A stretch of 64,000 bases of DNA. It comes from Dehalococcoidia bacterium. Its GTDB lineage: Bacteria > Chloroflexota > Dehalococcoidia > Plut-88900. Below are positions 1 through 10,332 of the stretch, in pieces (within the stretch, counting starts at the first letter, position 1; the number at the start of each line of letters is the position of its first letter). Under the pieces are notes generated by a model. The model saw only the letters and a program-made list of their open reading frames with translations, ran no database searches and had not been told where the DNA came from. Position numbers and translations under genes: made by a program. The stretch lies in NCBI GenBank assembly GCA_965207225.1, contig CBDBLV010000005.1:960001-1024000 (forward strand), in the 5' to 3' direction.

Positions 1-127
1 GGTATTCGAGGCCGTTTTCGTCTACGGCGATGCGCATGGCGCGGTGGCGAAACTCGGGTTCGAGGTTCCTCTCCCAGAGGTCGGGGGGCTCAACGGTGTG
101 GCTGTCGGCGTCTATTATCCTGGGCAT
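1..127 (-). CDS. Amidohydrolase family protein, N-terminal part (runs off window edge)
   Basis: Manual translation from ATG at 127: MPRIIDADSHTVEPPDLWERNLEPEFRHRAMRI...; IIDADSH..EP.DLW is the typical Amidohydro_2 N-terminus. Confidence 0.75.
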   Translation of the reverse strand, partial: MPRIIDADSHTVEPPDLWERNLEPEFRHRAMRIAVDENGLEY

Positions 128-252
128 TTGGTCGGGCCTCCCTGTGCGAAGTCTTGAGGTTGCCTGTGAAATAGCCGGGCCCCCGCCCCGTTCTTGAGAC
201 CCTTCGACGCCAATTAGGGCGAACGGAATCTCCCACCGATGACAAAAGGTAA

Positions 253-642
253 TTACATAGATTTCTGGGCGAATTCAGTGATGGCGTCGTATATACGGAG
301 CATCTCATTGTCTCTATCGTCGGCCCAGTAGTAGGGTTTGACGGCCTCTCCGCCGAGGACCTTGACGAGCTCAGGATGGTCGTCTACGCAGAAGTCGGGG
401 GTTACGGGGATGCCGAGGATTTCAAGGCCCTTGCGGTAGTTCGCCGTCGGCTTTACGAAACAGTCCTGGATATAGGGGCGGAGCTTGTGGCGTTCGATCA
501 CTTCCCACCGGAGCCCGACTCCGGACCAGATGTAGATGTCGTGGCCGTCGTCTATAAGTTTCTGGAAGACCTCGTGGACGTGGGGGCGGAGGCGGCCGTC
601 GAAGGCGATTAGGGTGTCGTCGACGTCGAAAAAGATGTTCAT
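253..642 (-). CDS. Small HAD-superfamily hydrolase/phosphatase
   Basis: N-terminal FFDVDDTL (DxDxT) motif I, IWS motif II, K and VDD motifs; directly downstream of prmC. Confidence 0.75.
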   Translation of the reverse strand: MNIFFDVDDTLIAFDGRLRPHVHEVFQKLIDDGHDIYIWSGVGLRWEVIERHKLRPYIQDCFVKPTANYRKGLEILGIPVTPDFCVDDHPELVKVLGGEAVKPYYWADDRDNEMLRIYDAITEFAQKSM

Positions 643-649
643 GTTTGCA

Positions 650-1528
650 CTAGACTGGTTGGGTTACTCCGACGGGTGAGCGGAGGGTAAGGACGCGGTC
701 CAATCCTGCAAGGTCTGGGGTGATGGAGGCCTGGGCTTCGGGGCAGAGGTGTTTGGCTTGAGACATGGCCGCTTCACCCTGGTCCCAGCCTATTTCGATG
801 AAGATGGCGCCGCCGGGGTTGAGGTTGTCTTTGGCTTGTTCGATGAGCCGTTCAATGACGGCCATGCCGTCGGGGCCACCGTCGAGGGCGAGCCGGGGTT
901 CGTGGTTGGTTATTTCCCGGGCCAGGCTGGGGATTTCGGGGGATGGGATGTAGGGGGGATTGGAGACGAGGATGTCGATGGGTCGGGGGAGGGGGGAGAG
1001 GAGGTCGGCGTGTAGGAGGGTTACACGGTCCTGGACGTCGTGTCGTGCAGCGTTTTCACAGGCGAGTTGGAGGGCGTCGGGGGAGATGTCTGTGGCGATA
1101 ACTGTTGCTTGCGGCAGGTGATGAGCCAGGGTGATGGCGATGGCGCCGCACCCGGTACCCACGTCAACGATGTTCAGGCCCTTGCCGCCTATAGCCCGGC
1201 GGGATGCGAAGTCAAGGGCCATTTCTACGAGGAGTTCGGTCTCGGGGCGGGGGATAAGGGCGCGGGGATCGACTTTGAAGTCGAGGCCGTAGAACTCCTT
1301 GTGGCAGGTTATGTAGGCGGAGGGTTCGCCTGATGCCCGGCGGTCGACCACGCTGTCGAAATGATGCTGGGTTGAGGCTGAGATATCGGTGTCGAGGGCG
1401 AGGAGCAGGGACTCACGGGCGCAAGAGAGGGCGTGGCGCAGGAGGTATTCGGCCTCGAAGCCTGGGCCCTCCACCCCCGAAACCTGTAATCTTTCACGAG
1501 CCTGACGCAGGGCCTCCCTTACCTTCAA
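650..1528 (-). CDS. prmC: Release factor glutamine methyltransferase (HemK)
   Basis: LIPRPETE, DVGTGCG SAM motif, SNPPY motif; follows prfA; start set at TTG just after prfA stop. Confidence 0.95.
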   Translation of the reverse strand: MKVREALRQARERLQVSGVEGPGFEAEYLLRHALSCARESLLLALDTDISASTQHHFDSVVDRRASGEPSAYITCHKEFYGLDFKVDPRALIPRPETELLVEMALDFASRRAIGGKGLNIVDVGTGCGAIAITLAHHLPQATVIATDISPDALQLACENAARHDVQDRVTLLHADLLSPLPRPIDILVSNPPYIPSPEIPSLAREITNHEPRLALDGGPDGMAVIERLIEQAKDNLNPGGAIFIEIGWDQGEAAMSQAKHLCPEAQASITPDLAGLDRVLTLRSPVGVTQPV

Positions 1529-1529
1529 C

Positions 1530-2621
1530 TTATGCTCCCCCGACGGCCACCCCGGCCCGCTCCAGATTTTCTTCCCGCTCCTTGTCTGCCAGGGCCTGGA
1601 CGAGGTCTCCCATGTCGCCTTCAAGGACGCGGGGGAGGTTGTGAAGGGAGAGACCGATGCGGTGGTCGGTGATGCGGTCCTGGGGGAAGTTGTAGGTGCG
1701 GACCTTCTCGGATCGGTCTCCGGTGCCGACCTGGGAGCGTCGGGACTCTGCGACCTCAGCCTGCTGTTTGCGGTATTCGATGTCGTAGAGTCGGGCGCGG
1801 AGGACGGACATGGCCTTGGTCTTGTTCTTAAGCTGGGAGCGTTCGTCCTGGCAGACGGCGACCATGCCGGAAGGGAGGTGGGTGATGCGGACGGCGGTGG
1901 CGACCTTGTTGACGTTCTGGCCCCCGTGTCCCCCGGCGTGGAATATGTCGATCTTCAGGTCGTCGGGGTCAATGGTGACGTCAACCTCTTCCATTTCGGA
2001 CATCACGGCGACGGTAACGGTGGAGGTGTGGATGCGGCCTGAGGACTCGGTGACGGGAACTCGCTGGACGCGGTGGACGCCGCTTTCGTACTTGAATTTG
2101 CCGAAGGCGCCATCACCCTTGATTTCAAAGATGACCTCTTTCAGGCCGCCTATGCCGATGTCGTTGGTGTTGAGTACCTCTGTCTTGAACCCGAGAGTCT
2201 GGGCGTAGCGGGTGTACATACGGTAGAGGTCGGAGGCAAAGAGTGCGGCCTCGTCGCCACCGGCGCCGGCCCGGATCTCCATTATCACGTCCTTGCCGTC
2301 CCGCAAGTCACCCGTGACAAGGGCTTCCTGCATCTCCAGGGATAGCCGCTCCTGGCGCTTCTCAAGGTCGGTAATCTCATCCCGAACCAGGGAGGCCATG
2401 TCTTCGTCGAGGTTGTCGTGCAGCATAGAGCGGCTGTCTTCCAGCTCCCGGCCTATTTCCTTGAACTCGCGATAGGTCGTCACGAGGTCCTCAATGGACG
2501 CCCGCTCGCGTGCGAGGGACTGGATGCGCTGGGGATTGGTAGCGACTTCTGGGTCGGCCAGAAGGCGATCGACCTCCTGGAAGCGCTGCTCCATCTCTTC
2601 CAGACGTGCGAACTTCTCCAC
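1530..2621 (-). CDS. prfA: Peptide chain release factor 1
   Basis: EIRAGAGGDEA, RVQRVPVTE (PxT specificity motif), GGQ motif, RTYNFPQ; start set at GTG 2621. Confidence 0.97.
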   Translation of the reverse strand: MEKFARLEEMEQRFQEVDRLLADPEVATNPQRIQSLARERASIEDLVTTYREFKEIGRELEDSRSMLHDNLDEDMASLVRDEITDLEKRQERLSLEMQEALVTGDLRDGKDVIMEIRAGAGGDEAALFASDLYRMYTRYAQTLGFKTEVLNTNDIGIGGLKEVIFEIKGDGAFGKFKYESGVHRVQRVPVTESSGRIHTSTVTVAVMSEMEEVDVTIDPDDLKIDIFHAGGHGGQNVNKVATAVRITHLPSGMVAVCQDERSQLKNKTKAMSVLRARLYDIEYRKQQAEVAESRRSQVGTGDRSEKVRTYNFPQDRITDHRIGLSLHNLPRVLEGDMGDLVQALADKEREENLERAGVAVGGA

Positions 2622-2814
2622 TCTTTCTACCTGCTCTATTCGTGGAAAAGCCCCCGGGGTCGGGGGTCTTTGGGGCCGATTATAACAAATGGGTGTCGGG
2701 GAGCTGTCGCAATGGAATGGCGACACCGGTTACCCTATAATCTACCCGCCAAACACGTACTCCGTGAATGAGGCGCGACTTAATGCATCGTCCGGTGCTG
2801 AACATAGTAAGCGT

Positions 2815-3846
2815 ATGAAACCGATCCAATGGACGTCCGGGAAGCTGAGGCTACTGGACCAGACCCTGCTTCCGAAGAAGAAGGTCTGGCTGGACATCGA
2901 CAATCACCAAGGGGTGGCTCGGGCGATAAAGGAGATGCGGGTACGGGGTGCACCGGCCATCGGGGTGGCGGCGGCCTACGGGGTGGCGCTGGCAGCTGAG
3001 GGTATACAGGCGGAGGGCATGGGCGACTTCCTGGCGAGGCTTGGCATAGCCTGCGATGTGATTTCCGCTTCCCGACCCACTGCGGTCAACCTCAAGTGGG
3101 CGGTCGAGCGGATGCGGAGGGCAGCGGGAGGACATGACGAGGTGGATTCTGCCAAGGAAGCCCTATTGGCGGAAGCCAAGGCGATCCATGAAGAGGATGA
3201 GGCGATCAACCGGCGGATTGGGGCGCACGGTGCGGAGCTGATACGCGGCGGGGCCGTGATGACGCACTGCAACGCAGGGGCATTGGCCACGGCGGGCTAC
3301 GGAACGGCGCTGGGGGTAATTCGCTCTGCGGTGGAATCGGGGAGGGCGGTGCGGGTGCTGGCGACGGAGACCCGGCCTTTCCTGCAGGGGGCTCGGCTGA
3401 CAGCCTGGGAGCTTTCCCAGGACGGGATAGACGTAACCTTGATTACGGACTCCATGGCGGGGCATTTCCTGAAGACCGAGGAGATAGGGTGCGTGGTGGT
3501 CGGGGCGGACAGGATTGCGGCAAACGGAGACGTGGCGAACAAGATAGGGACCTATTCGATAGCGGTGCTGGCCAAGGAGAACTCCGTGCCGTTTTACGTG
3601 GCAGCTCCGATCAGCACGCTGGACCTGAGCCTGGAGTCGGGGGAGGAGATTCCGATCGAGGAGCGGGACCCGAGGGAAGTGCTGGAGTACGCGGGTGTCG
3701 GGGTCGCGCCGGAGGGCGTGAAGGCCGCCCATCCGGCCTTCGACGTTACGCCGTCAAGATACGTATCGGCGATTATTACGGAGAATGGGATTGCTCGGGC
3801 ACCGTATGGGGAGTCGTTGAAGCTGCTTTCCGGCAATGGCGTTTAG
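2815..3846 (+). CDS. mtnA: Methylthioribose-1-phosphate isomerase
   Basis: [55 protein letters not shown]. Confidence 0.95.
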   Translation: MKPIQWTSGKLRLLDQTLLPKKKVWLDIDNHQGVARAIKEMRVRGAPAIGVAAAYGVALAAEGIQAEGMGDFLARLGIACDVISASRPTAVNLKWAVERMRRAAGGHDEVDSAKEALLAEAKAIHEEDEAINRRIGAHGAELIRGGAVMTHCNAGALATAGYGTALGVIRSAVESGRAVRVLATETRPFLQGARLTAWELSQDGIDVTLITDSMAGHFLKTEEIGCVVVGADRIAANGDVANKIGTYSIAVLAKENSVPFYVAAPISTLDLSLESGEEIPIEERDPREVLEYAGVGVAPEGVKAAHPAFDVTPSRYVSAIITENGIARAPYGESLKLLSGNGV

Positions 3847-3866
3847 GTATCTTTTGAAGAGGGTAT

Positions 3867-4727
3867 ATGGCTGAAGCATCGGTGGGCATTATCGGTGGGA
3901 GCGGCCTCTATGACATGGAGGCGCTGACGGACAAGGAAGAGGTGAACATCGACACGCCCTTCGGGAACCCCAGCGACGCGATAACTATAGGGACGCTGGA
4001 GGGGCGTCGGGTGGCGTTCCTGCCGAGGCACGGGAGAGGGCACCGGATAAGCCCGACGGAGATTCCGGCCCGGGCGAACATCTTTGCACTGAAGAGCCTG
4101 GGGGTGACGCACATCGTTTCGGTGAGCGCGGTCGGGAGCCTGAAAGAGGAGCTTTACCCGCTGGACATGGTGGTCCCGGACCAGATTATCGACAGGACGA
4201 AAAGCCGGGTAAACAGCTTCTTTGGCGGGGGGATCGTGGCGCACGTGGCGTTCTCTACCCCGTTCTGCCCGAGGCTGAGCTGCGTGCTCTACGAAGCGGC
4301 GAGGGATGTCGGGGCGCGGGCGCATGCGGGCGGAACGCTTATCGTGATGGAAGGGCCGCTGTTTTCGACCCGGGCGGAGAGTGAGCTGTACCGGTCCTGG
4401 GGGGCGTCGATTATCGGGATGACGGCCCTGCCGGAGGCCAAGCTGGCCCGGGAGGCGGAGATCTGCTACGCAACCTTGGCCTGTGTCACGGACTTCGACA
4501 CCTGGCACCCGGACCATGACTCGGTGTCGGTGGAGCTGGTGGTGTCGAACCTGCTGAAGAACGTGGCGACGGGACAGAGGATTGTGCAGCGGCTAATGTC
4601 TGCGGTACCGGGTCGAGAAGAGTGCGTATGCCCCAGCGCGCTGGAGAATGCGATTATAACGGCGCGGGGGTCGATACCCGAGCGGGTGAAGTCGGAGCTT
4701 GCGCCGCTGATAGGGAAGTACCTGTAG
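3867..4727 (+). CDS. mtnP: S-methyl-5'-thioadenosine phosphorylase
   Basis: GIIGGSG, FLPRHG, MEGPLFSTRAES, GMTALPEAKLAREAE, VTDFD. Confidence 0.95.
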   Translation: MAEASVGIIGGSGLYDMEALTDKEEVNIDTPFGNPSDAITIGTLEGRRVAFLPRHGRGHRISPTEIPARANIFALKSLGVTHIVSVSAVGSLKEELYPLDMVVPDQIIDRTKSRVNSFFGGGIVAHVAFSTPFCPRLSCVLYEAARDVGARAHAGGTLIVMEGPLFSTRAESELYRSWGASIIGMTALPEAKLAREAEICYATLACVTDFDTWHPDHDSVSVELVVSNLLKNVATGQRIVQRLMSAVPGREECVCPSALENAIITARGSIPERVKSELAPLIGKYL

Positions 4728-4838
4728 GTCACGATAGGGGCTAATTCTGGTGTTTAGCACCTTCACGCGATAAACTGTTACTTCGAATCAAGGGCCCCGG
4801 CGGGAGTCGGGGTGGATAGTAGAAGCCGGGAGGAACAG

Positions 4839-5186
4839 ATGGCTTCGGGACGAGAAGTTTGGCAGGAAGAGGGGGAGCCCTTCACGAGGATCACCCCCAA
4901 GGCCGCCCAACAGATGATAGCTGAAGGCAACGTACAGATAATCGACGTTCGTAACCAGGACGAGTGGGACGAGGGCCACGTACCCAATGCGACGCTGATC
5001 CCTGTGGACGATATTTTTTCCAGGATAGATGAATTGGACCGGGACAAGAACCTGCTTTTCATCTGTGCCATGGGGGTTCGCAGCGCCCTGGCTTGCGAGA
5101 TGGCCGCCGCGTTCGAGTACACAAACCTGTACAACATTGAGGGCGGGACGGGGGCCTGGGCGGAAGATGGGTACCCTATTGAGTAG
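4839..5186 (+). CDS. Single-domain rhodanese (sulfurtransferase)
   Basis: IIDVR..DEWDEGHVPNA, active-site loop ICAMGVRS, LYNIEGG..AW; GGAGGA RBS. Confidence 0.88.
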   Translation: MASGREVWQEEGEPFTRITPKAAQQMIAEGNVQIIDVRNQDEWDEGHVPNATLIPVDDIFSRIDELDRDKNLLFICAMGVRSALACEMAAAFEYTNLYNIEGGTGAWAEDGYPIE

Positions 5187-5288
5187 GGTCCGCCAGCCCC
5201 GACGCCATCGGGCGTTAATCCTGGCAGCAGCAGGCCCGGGCGCCAGGCCACCGCACCATCCATACCAGAAAGAGAGCCTTAACGCCCT

Positions 5289-6554
5289 ATGGCAACGATA
5301 GTATCGGATATCAAGGACGCGGGTCGGGCGGCGGAGGGGCAGGACCGGATGGACTGGGCGGCCCGCGAAATGCCGGTGCTGCGGCAGATTGGTGAAAGGT
5401 TCGCCAAGGAAAGACCCCTGGAAGGCATCCGAATTGCTGCGTGCCTCCACGTAACCACGGAGACATCCAACCTGATACTAACCTTGAAGGAGGGGGGCGC
5501 GCAGGTCGCACTATGTGCCAGCAACCCTCTCAGCACCCAGGATGACGTAGCGGCATCGCTGGTAGTCAATCATGGCATACCGGTGTTTGCGGTCCGGGGC
5601 GAGGACGAGGACCTATATTACGACCACCTGAACTCGGCCCTTGACCTGAAGCCCCACATGACTCTGGACGACGGCGCAGACCTGGTGGCCACCGTACACC
5701 GGGACCGTACCGAACTTCTGCAGGACCTTACCGGTGGGATGGAGGAGACGACCACGGGAGTCATTCGACTACGCAGCATGGCCGCCGACGGCAAGCTCCG
5801 GTACCCGATTATCAGCGTCAACGAGGCCGACACCAAGCACATGTTCGACAACCGGTATGGCACGGGCCAGAGCACGCTGGACGGCATTATCCGGGCCACT
5901 AACATTCTCTTCGCTGGGAAGACGCTGGTGGTTTGCGGTTACGGCTGGTGCGGAAGGGGAGTAGCGAACCGGGCGCGGGGGATGGGGTCTCGGGTGGTGG
6001 TGGTGGAGGTCGACCCGATCAAGGCGCTAGAAGCGGTCATGGACGGCTACCAGGTCATGCCCATGCTGGAAGCGGCAGAGGTGGGCGATATCTTCGTGAC
6101 CGTCACCGGAGGGTTCCGGGCCATCGACGCCCAGCACCTGTCAGTGATGAAGGACGGAGCGTTGGTGGCCAACAGCGGCCACTTCAACGTGGAGATCAAC
6201 GTCGAGGCGATGGAAGAGCTGTCTGTCGGGCAGCGAGACATCCGGAACGTTGTGCGGGAGTACACGTTTGCCGATGGACGGCGAATTCACCTGCTTGCCG
6301 AGGGTCGGCTTATCAACCTTGCCGCGGCGGAAGGACACCCGGCCAGCGTGATGGACATGAGCTTCGCCAACCAGGCCCTCTGCGCTGAGTATATGGTGAA
6401 GTCGGGGGGGAGCCTGGGGCCAGGGGTGCACCCCGTGCCCCGGGAGATCGACCAGGAGGTCGGGCGGCTGAAGCTCCTTTCGATGGGGATCCGGATAGAC
6501 GGGTTGACGGACGACCAGGTGAAATATGCGAACAGTTGGGAGTCGGGGACCTGA
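5289..6554 (+). CDS. ahcY: Adenosylhomocysteinase
   Basis: [63 protein letters not shown]. Confidence 0.97.
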   Translation: MATIVSDIKDAGRAAEGQDRMDWAAREMPVLRQIGERFAKERPLEGIRIAACLHVTTETSNLILTLKEGGAQVALCASNPLSTQDDVAASLVVNHGIPVFAVRGEDEDLYYDHLNSALDLKPHMTLDDGADLVATVHRDRTELLQDLTGGMEETTTGVIRLRSMAADGKLRYPIISVNEADTKHMFDNRYGTGQSTLDGIIRATNILFAGKTLVVCGYGWCGRGVANRARGMGSRVVVVEVDPIKALEAVMDGYQVMPMLEAAEVGDIFVTVTGGFRAIDAQHLSVMKDGALVANSGHFNVEINVEAMEELSVGQRDIRNVVREYTFADGRRIHLLAEGRLINLAAAEGHPASVMDMSFANQALCAEYMVKSGGSLGPGVHPVPREIDQEVGRLKLLSMGIRIDGLTDDQVKYANSWESGT

Positions 6555-6599
6555 TTCTCACGTAAAGACAATTCAGACAAGAGAGCCAAGGAGAATATA

Positions 6600-7778
6600 T
6601 TGAGCACTACCCTGATGACTTCCGAGTCCCACATGCTCACCTCGGAGTCAGTGACCGAAGGCCACCCGGACAAGCTGTGCGACCAGATTTCGGATGGCGT
6701 ACTGGATGCCATTCTTGCCGAAGACCCGATGGGCCGGGTCGCCTGTGAAACCTCAACTACCACGGGACTGGTGCTTGTGGCCGGTGAGATATCCACGGAA
6801 ACCTATGTCGATATTCCGACAATCGCCCGGGAGGTTATACGCGAGGTCGGTTACACCAGGGCGAAATACGGCTTCGACTGCGACACCTGTGGAGTGATTG
6901 TTTCCATTAAGGAACAATCGAAGGACATTGCACAAGGAGTGAATCCGGGGGGCGCCGGTGACCAGGGGATGATGATCGGGTTTGCCTGCAACGAGACCCC
7001 GGAACTCATGCCCATGACCATATCCCTGGCCCACAAGCTTTGCCGACGCCTGGCCGAGGTCCGCAAGGACGGCACTCTGCCGTACCTGCGGCCGGACGGC
7101 AAATCACAGGTGACGGTCGAATACTCGGGGGGCGTACCGGTGAGGGTGGATACGGTCGTGCTGGCCGCCCAGCACGACCCCAGCGTCTCGCAGCCGACTA
7201 TCCAGCGGGATCTTATCGAGCACGTTGTCAAGGAAGTGCTGCCCGGCAATATGCTGGACGAGCGCACTAAGTATCACATCAACGCCACAGGCAGGTTCGA
7301 GATAGGGGGCCCGATGGGGGACGCGGGCCTCACAGGGCGGAAGATCATCGTGGACACCTACGGTGGTGTGGCGCGACACGGTGGTGGAGCCTTCTCAGGC
7401 AAGGACCCGACGAAGGTCGACCGCTCGGCCAGCTACGCTGCCCGCTACGTCGCCAAGAACGTGGTTGCCGCCGGGCTTGCCGACCGAATCGAAGTGCAAC
7501 TCTCTTACGCCATCGGCGTTGCCGACCCCACGTCCGTAGCCGTCGAGACCTTCGGAACGGGCAAAGTGCCGGACGATCTGATATTGGAAAGCATAAAAGG
7601 CAATTTCGACCTGACACCTGCGGGTATAATCAACGCATTGGACCTTCGGCGTCCAATCTACCGGCAGACAGCCGCCTATGGCCACTTCGGTCGCTCAGAC
7701 CTTGATCTGCCATGGGAACGCACGGACAAGGTTGATGCCCTGAAGGCCGACGCCGGTCTCCAGGCAGCCGCAGGCTAA
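6600..7778 (+). CDS. metK: S-adenosylmethionine synthetase
   Basis: [50 protein letters not shown]. Confidence 0.97.
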   Translation: MSTTLMTSESHMLTSESVTEGHPDKLCDQISDGVLDAILAEDPMGRVACETSTTTGLVLVAGEISTETYVDIPTIAREVIREVGYTRAKYGFDCDTCGVIVSIKEQSKDIAQGVNPGGAGDQGMMIGFACNETPELMPMTISLAHKLCRRLAEVRKDGTLPYLRPDGKSQVTVEYSGGVPVRVDTVVLAAQHDPSVSQPTIQRDLIEHVVKEVLPGNMLDERTKYHINATGRFEIGGPMGDAGLTGRKIIVDTYGGVARHGGGAFSGKDPTKVDRSASYAARYVAKNVVAAGLADRIEVQLSYAIGVADPTSVAVETFGTGKVPDDLILESIKGNFDLTPAGIINALDLRRPIYRQTAAYGHFGRSDLDLPWERTDKVDALKADAGLQAAAG

Positions 7779-7829
7779 TCGACATCTTCTTCCCAATCCG
7801 CCGCGAGGCGGTGCTGTACAATCTGGTTG

Positions 7830-9257
7830 ATGCCCGGCGAGATTAAATTTGGGACCGATGGGTGGCGCGGCCTTATCGCCGACGATTTCACATTTTCCAA
7901 CGTCCGAGTCTGCGCGCAAGCCGTAGCGGAGTATGTGAAAGGCAGGGGCCTTGGGGGGAGGGGGGTGGTGGTGGGTTACGACACCCGTTTTCTGTCAGAC
8001 CGCTTTGCGGAGGAAGTGTCGGGGGTTTTAGCGGCCAACGGCATCCGGCCACTCTTGGGTATTGAGCCCGTGCCAACGCCCGTAGCCAGCTATGCAGTGA
8101 TGGATTTGAAGGCGGCGGGCGCCGTGGTTATAACTGCAAGCCACAACCCCGCCTATTGGAACGGGTTCAAGTTCAAGCCGGAGTACGCCGGCAGCGCGAC
8201 CCCTGAAATCACTGCCCGTCTCGAGTCCATAATCGAGGGGATAGAAGAGCGAGGTGGTGTCGCACATCCGGACCCCAGTGAGGGCGAAGGCCTGATCGAG
8301 TCTATAGACGTCTTGCCGGCTTACTCCAGTCACTTAGCCGGATTGGTGGACTTGGGGAGGATACGGGAGGCAGGTTTAGAGGTGGTTGTCGATTCGATGT
8401 TTGGGGCCGGGAGCGGCTATGTGAAACACTTGATGGGCATAGGGACGACTCGGGTCAGTGAGATTCACAACGAGCGTAATCCTCTGTTCCCGGGGCTGAG
8501 GCAGCCGGAGCCGATAGGACGCAACCTGGGAAAACTGAGCGACCACGTCAGGAAGACGGGTGCGGACATTGGTTTGGCGACGGATGGGGACGCGGACAGG
8601 GTCGGGGTGGCGGATGAGAGGGGGAATATCCTGACGCCTCTGCAGATATTTGGCCTCCTGGCGTACTACCTGCTGGAGGTGCGCGGGGCCCGGGGTCCGA
8701 TGATCAAATCGATTACAACGACGAGGATGATAGACCGGCTTGGGGAGCGATACGGGGTTCCGGTACATGAGACGCCTGTTGGATTCAAGCATATCGGACC
8801 GAAGATGATGGAAGAGGATGCGCTGGTCGGGGGTGAGGAGAGTGGGGGATTCGGGTTCCGGGGACATGTGCCGGAGAGGGACGGTATACTTGCCTCCCTG
8901 TATGTCCTGGACCTTGTGGCTGTCACCGGTAGAACGGTGTCTCAGCTGATCGGAGACCTGTATGGGCTTGTGGGGGCGCATCACTATGACCGGGTCGATA
9001 TTCCCATAGGATGGGAGGCGAAGGAGGGGGCCCGGGAGCGGATATCTGCCGCGAACCCCGAGAACATAGCAGGACTGCCCGTGTCTCGGCTGGACAGAAT
9101 GGACGGTTCCCGGTTCGAATTCGAAGATGGAAGTTGGCTGCTGTTCCGGTTCTCGGGGACCGAGCCGCTGATGAGGATCTACGCCGAAAGCGGCAGCATG
9201 GAAGCCGTGCAAAACCTACTGAAAGCCGGTCAGGCGATGGCCGGGGTGAAACAATGA
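7830..9257 (+). CDS. Phosphoglucomutase/phosphomannomutase family protein
   Basis: FGTDGWRG, TASHNP phosphoserine loop, DGDADR metal loop, GGEESGG, RFSGTEPLMRIYAE. Confidence 0.93.
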   Translation: MPGEIKFGTDGWRGLIADDFTFSNVRVCAQAVAEYVKGRGLGGRGVVVGYDTRFLSDRFAEEVSGVLAANGIRPLLGIEPVPTPVASYAVMDLKAAGAVVITASHNPAYWNGFKFKPEYAGSATPEITARLESIIEGIEERGGVAHPDPSEGEGLIESIDVLPAYSSHLAGLVDLGRIREAGLEVVVDSMFGAGSGYVKHLMGIGTTRVSEIHNERNPLFPGLRQPEPIGRNLGKLSDHVRKTGADIGLATDGDADRVGVADERGNILTPLQIFGLLAYYLLEVRGARGPMIKSITTTRMIDRLGERYGVPVHETPVGFKHIGPKMMEEDALVGGEESGGFGFRGHVPERDGILASLYVLDLVAVTGRTVSQLIGDLYGLVGAHHYDRVDIPIGWEAKEGARERISAANPENIAGLPVSRLDRMDGSRFEFEDGSWLLFRFSGTEPLMRIYAESGSMEAVQNLLKAGQAMAGVKQ

Positions 9258-10309
9258 TTGACCTTGACGATCCCCGTGTCTACGACGCCCTGGACCCGTC
9301 CAGGCTACGGCTGCGGCTGCGGAGTATGGCCGAGCAGTGCCGCAAGGGATGGGAGAGCATCCCATTTCCAGGTCTGCCGGACCACTACAGGGACGCAAAC
9401 CGCATAGTGCATTTCGGGATGGGTGGGTCGGCTATAGCGGCGGACTACTTGCAGACCGTGGTGACGGGAGCAGGGGGCCCGCCGGTGGACGTATACCGGG
9501 GGTTCGGGTATCCGTGGCCCATTGATGACGTGACCCTGGTCATTTGCTCCAGCTACTCGGGGAACACAGAGGAGACGCTGTCGGCATTCGACCCGGACCT
9601 GCCCGGGTGCAAAGTTGCAGTGACCGGCGGTGGAAGGCTGGAGGAGACGGCGACGGAGTATGGGATCCCGGTATATGGGATAGACATTGTATCGGAGCCC
9701 CGGGCGGCATTGGGGTATTGCCTTTTCGCGCTACTGTCGTGCGTAAGCGAGTTGGGGTTAGTCGAGGATTTGGAGCGGGACGTGGAAGAGGGGGTGGAGA
9801 TCGTGGCCCGGTTGACGGAGGAGTTTGGAGAGTCCACGCCCATCGAGGACAACCGGGCGAAGAACCTGGCATGGCAGATGATGGAGAATTTGATTGTGGT
9901 ATATGCGGGTGATATATTCGAGTGCACAGCCCGACGTTGGAAGACCCAGCTGAACGAGAACGGCAAGTCGTGGGCCTTCTACGAGATGTTGCCGGAGGCG
10001 GGCCACAACGCCGTGGAAGGGCTGGAAAGGCCCGGCAACATCTCCGACGAGACTCATGTGGTGTTTCTCGGGTCGGGGTCGGTTGGTGACCGGTTGCAGC
10101 CCTCGTATGACGGTATGGGAGAGTTGCTGAGGAGGTCGGGTGTTGGACAGACGGTTGTTGAGGCGGAGGGGGAGTCGGTGCTGGCACAGATAATGAGTGT
10201 GACGGTGCTAGGAGATTACGCCAGCTACTACCTGGGCCTGCTCTACGGAGCAGACCCTTCACCGGTGCCCAGGATCAACGCCCTGAAGGCCATGATCGAG
10301 GAAAGCTAG
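9254..10309 (+). CDS. Bifunctional phosphoglucose/phosphomannose isomerase
   Basis: GMGGSA, SSYSGNTEET, RWKTQLNENGK, PEAGHN; ATGA overlap with upstream stop. Confidence 0.9.
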   Translation: MIDLDDPRVYDALDPSRLRLRLRSMAEQCRKGWESIPFPGLPDHYRDANRIVHFGMGGSAIAADYLQTVVTGAGGPPVDVYRGFGYPWPIDDVTLVICSSYSGNTEETLSAFDPDLPGCKVAVTGGGRLEETATEYGIPVYGIDIVSEPRAALGYCLFALLSCVSELGLVEDLERDVEEGVEIVARLTEEFGESTPIEDNRAKNLAWQMMENLIVVYAGDIFECTARRWKTQLNENGKSWAFYEMLPEAGHNAVEGLERPGNISDETHVVFLGSGSVGDRLQPSYDGMGELLRRSGVGQTVVEAEGESVLAQIMSVTVLGDYASYYLGLLYGADPSPVPRINALKAMIEES

Positions 10310-10332
10310 AGAGTCAGCCGAACGGAGGCGTT

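Noticed and set aside
2760-2815. SAM-II/V-like riboswitch before mtnA
   Set aside because: Only a superficial GCGCGACTTAA resemblance; the pseudoknot partner and GCUAAA tail were not found.
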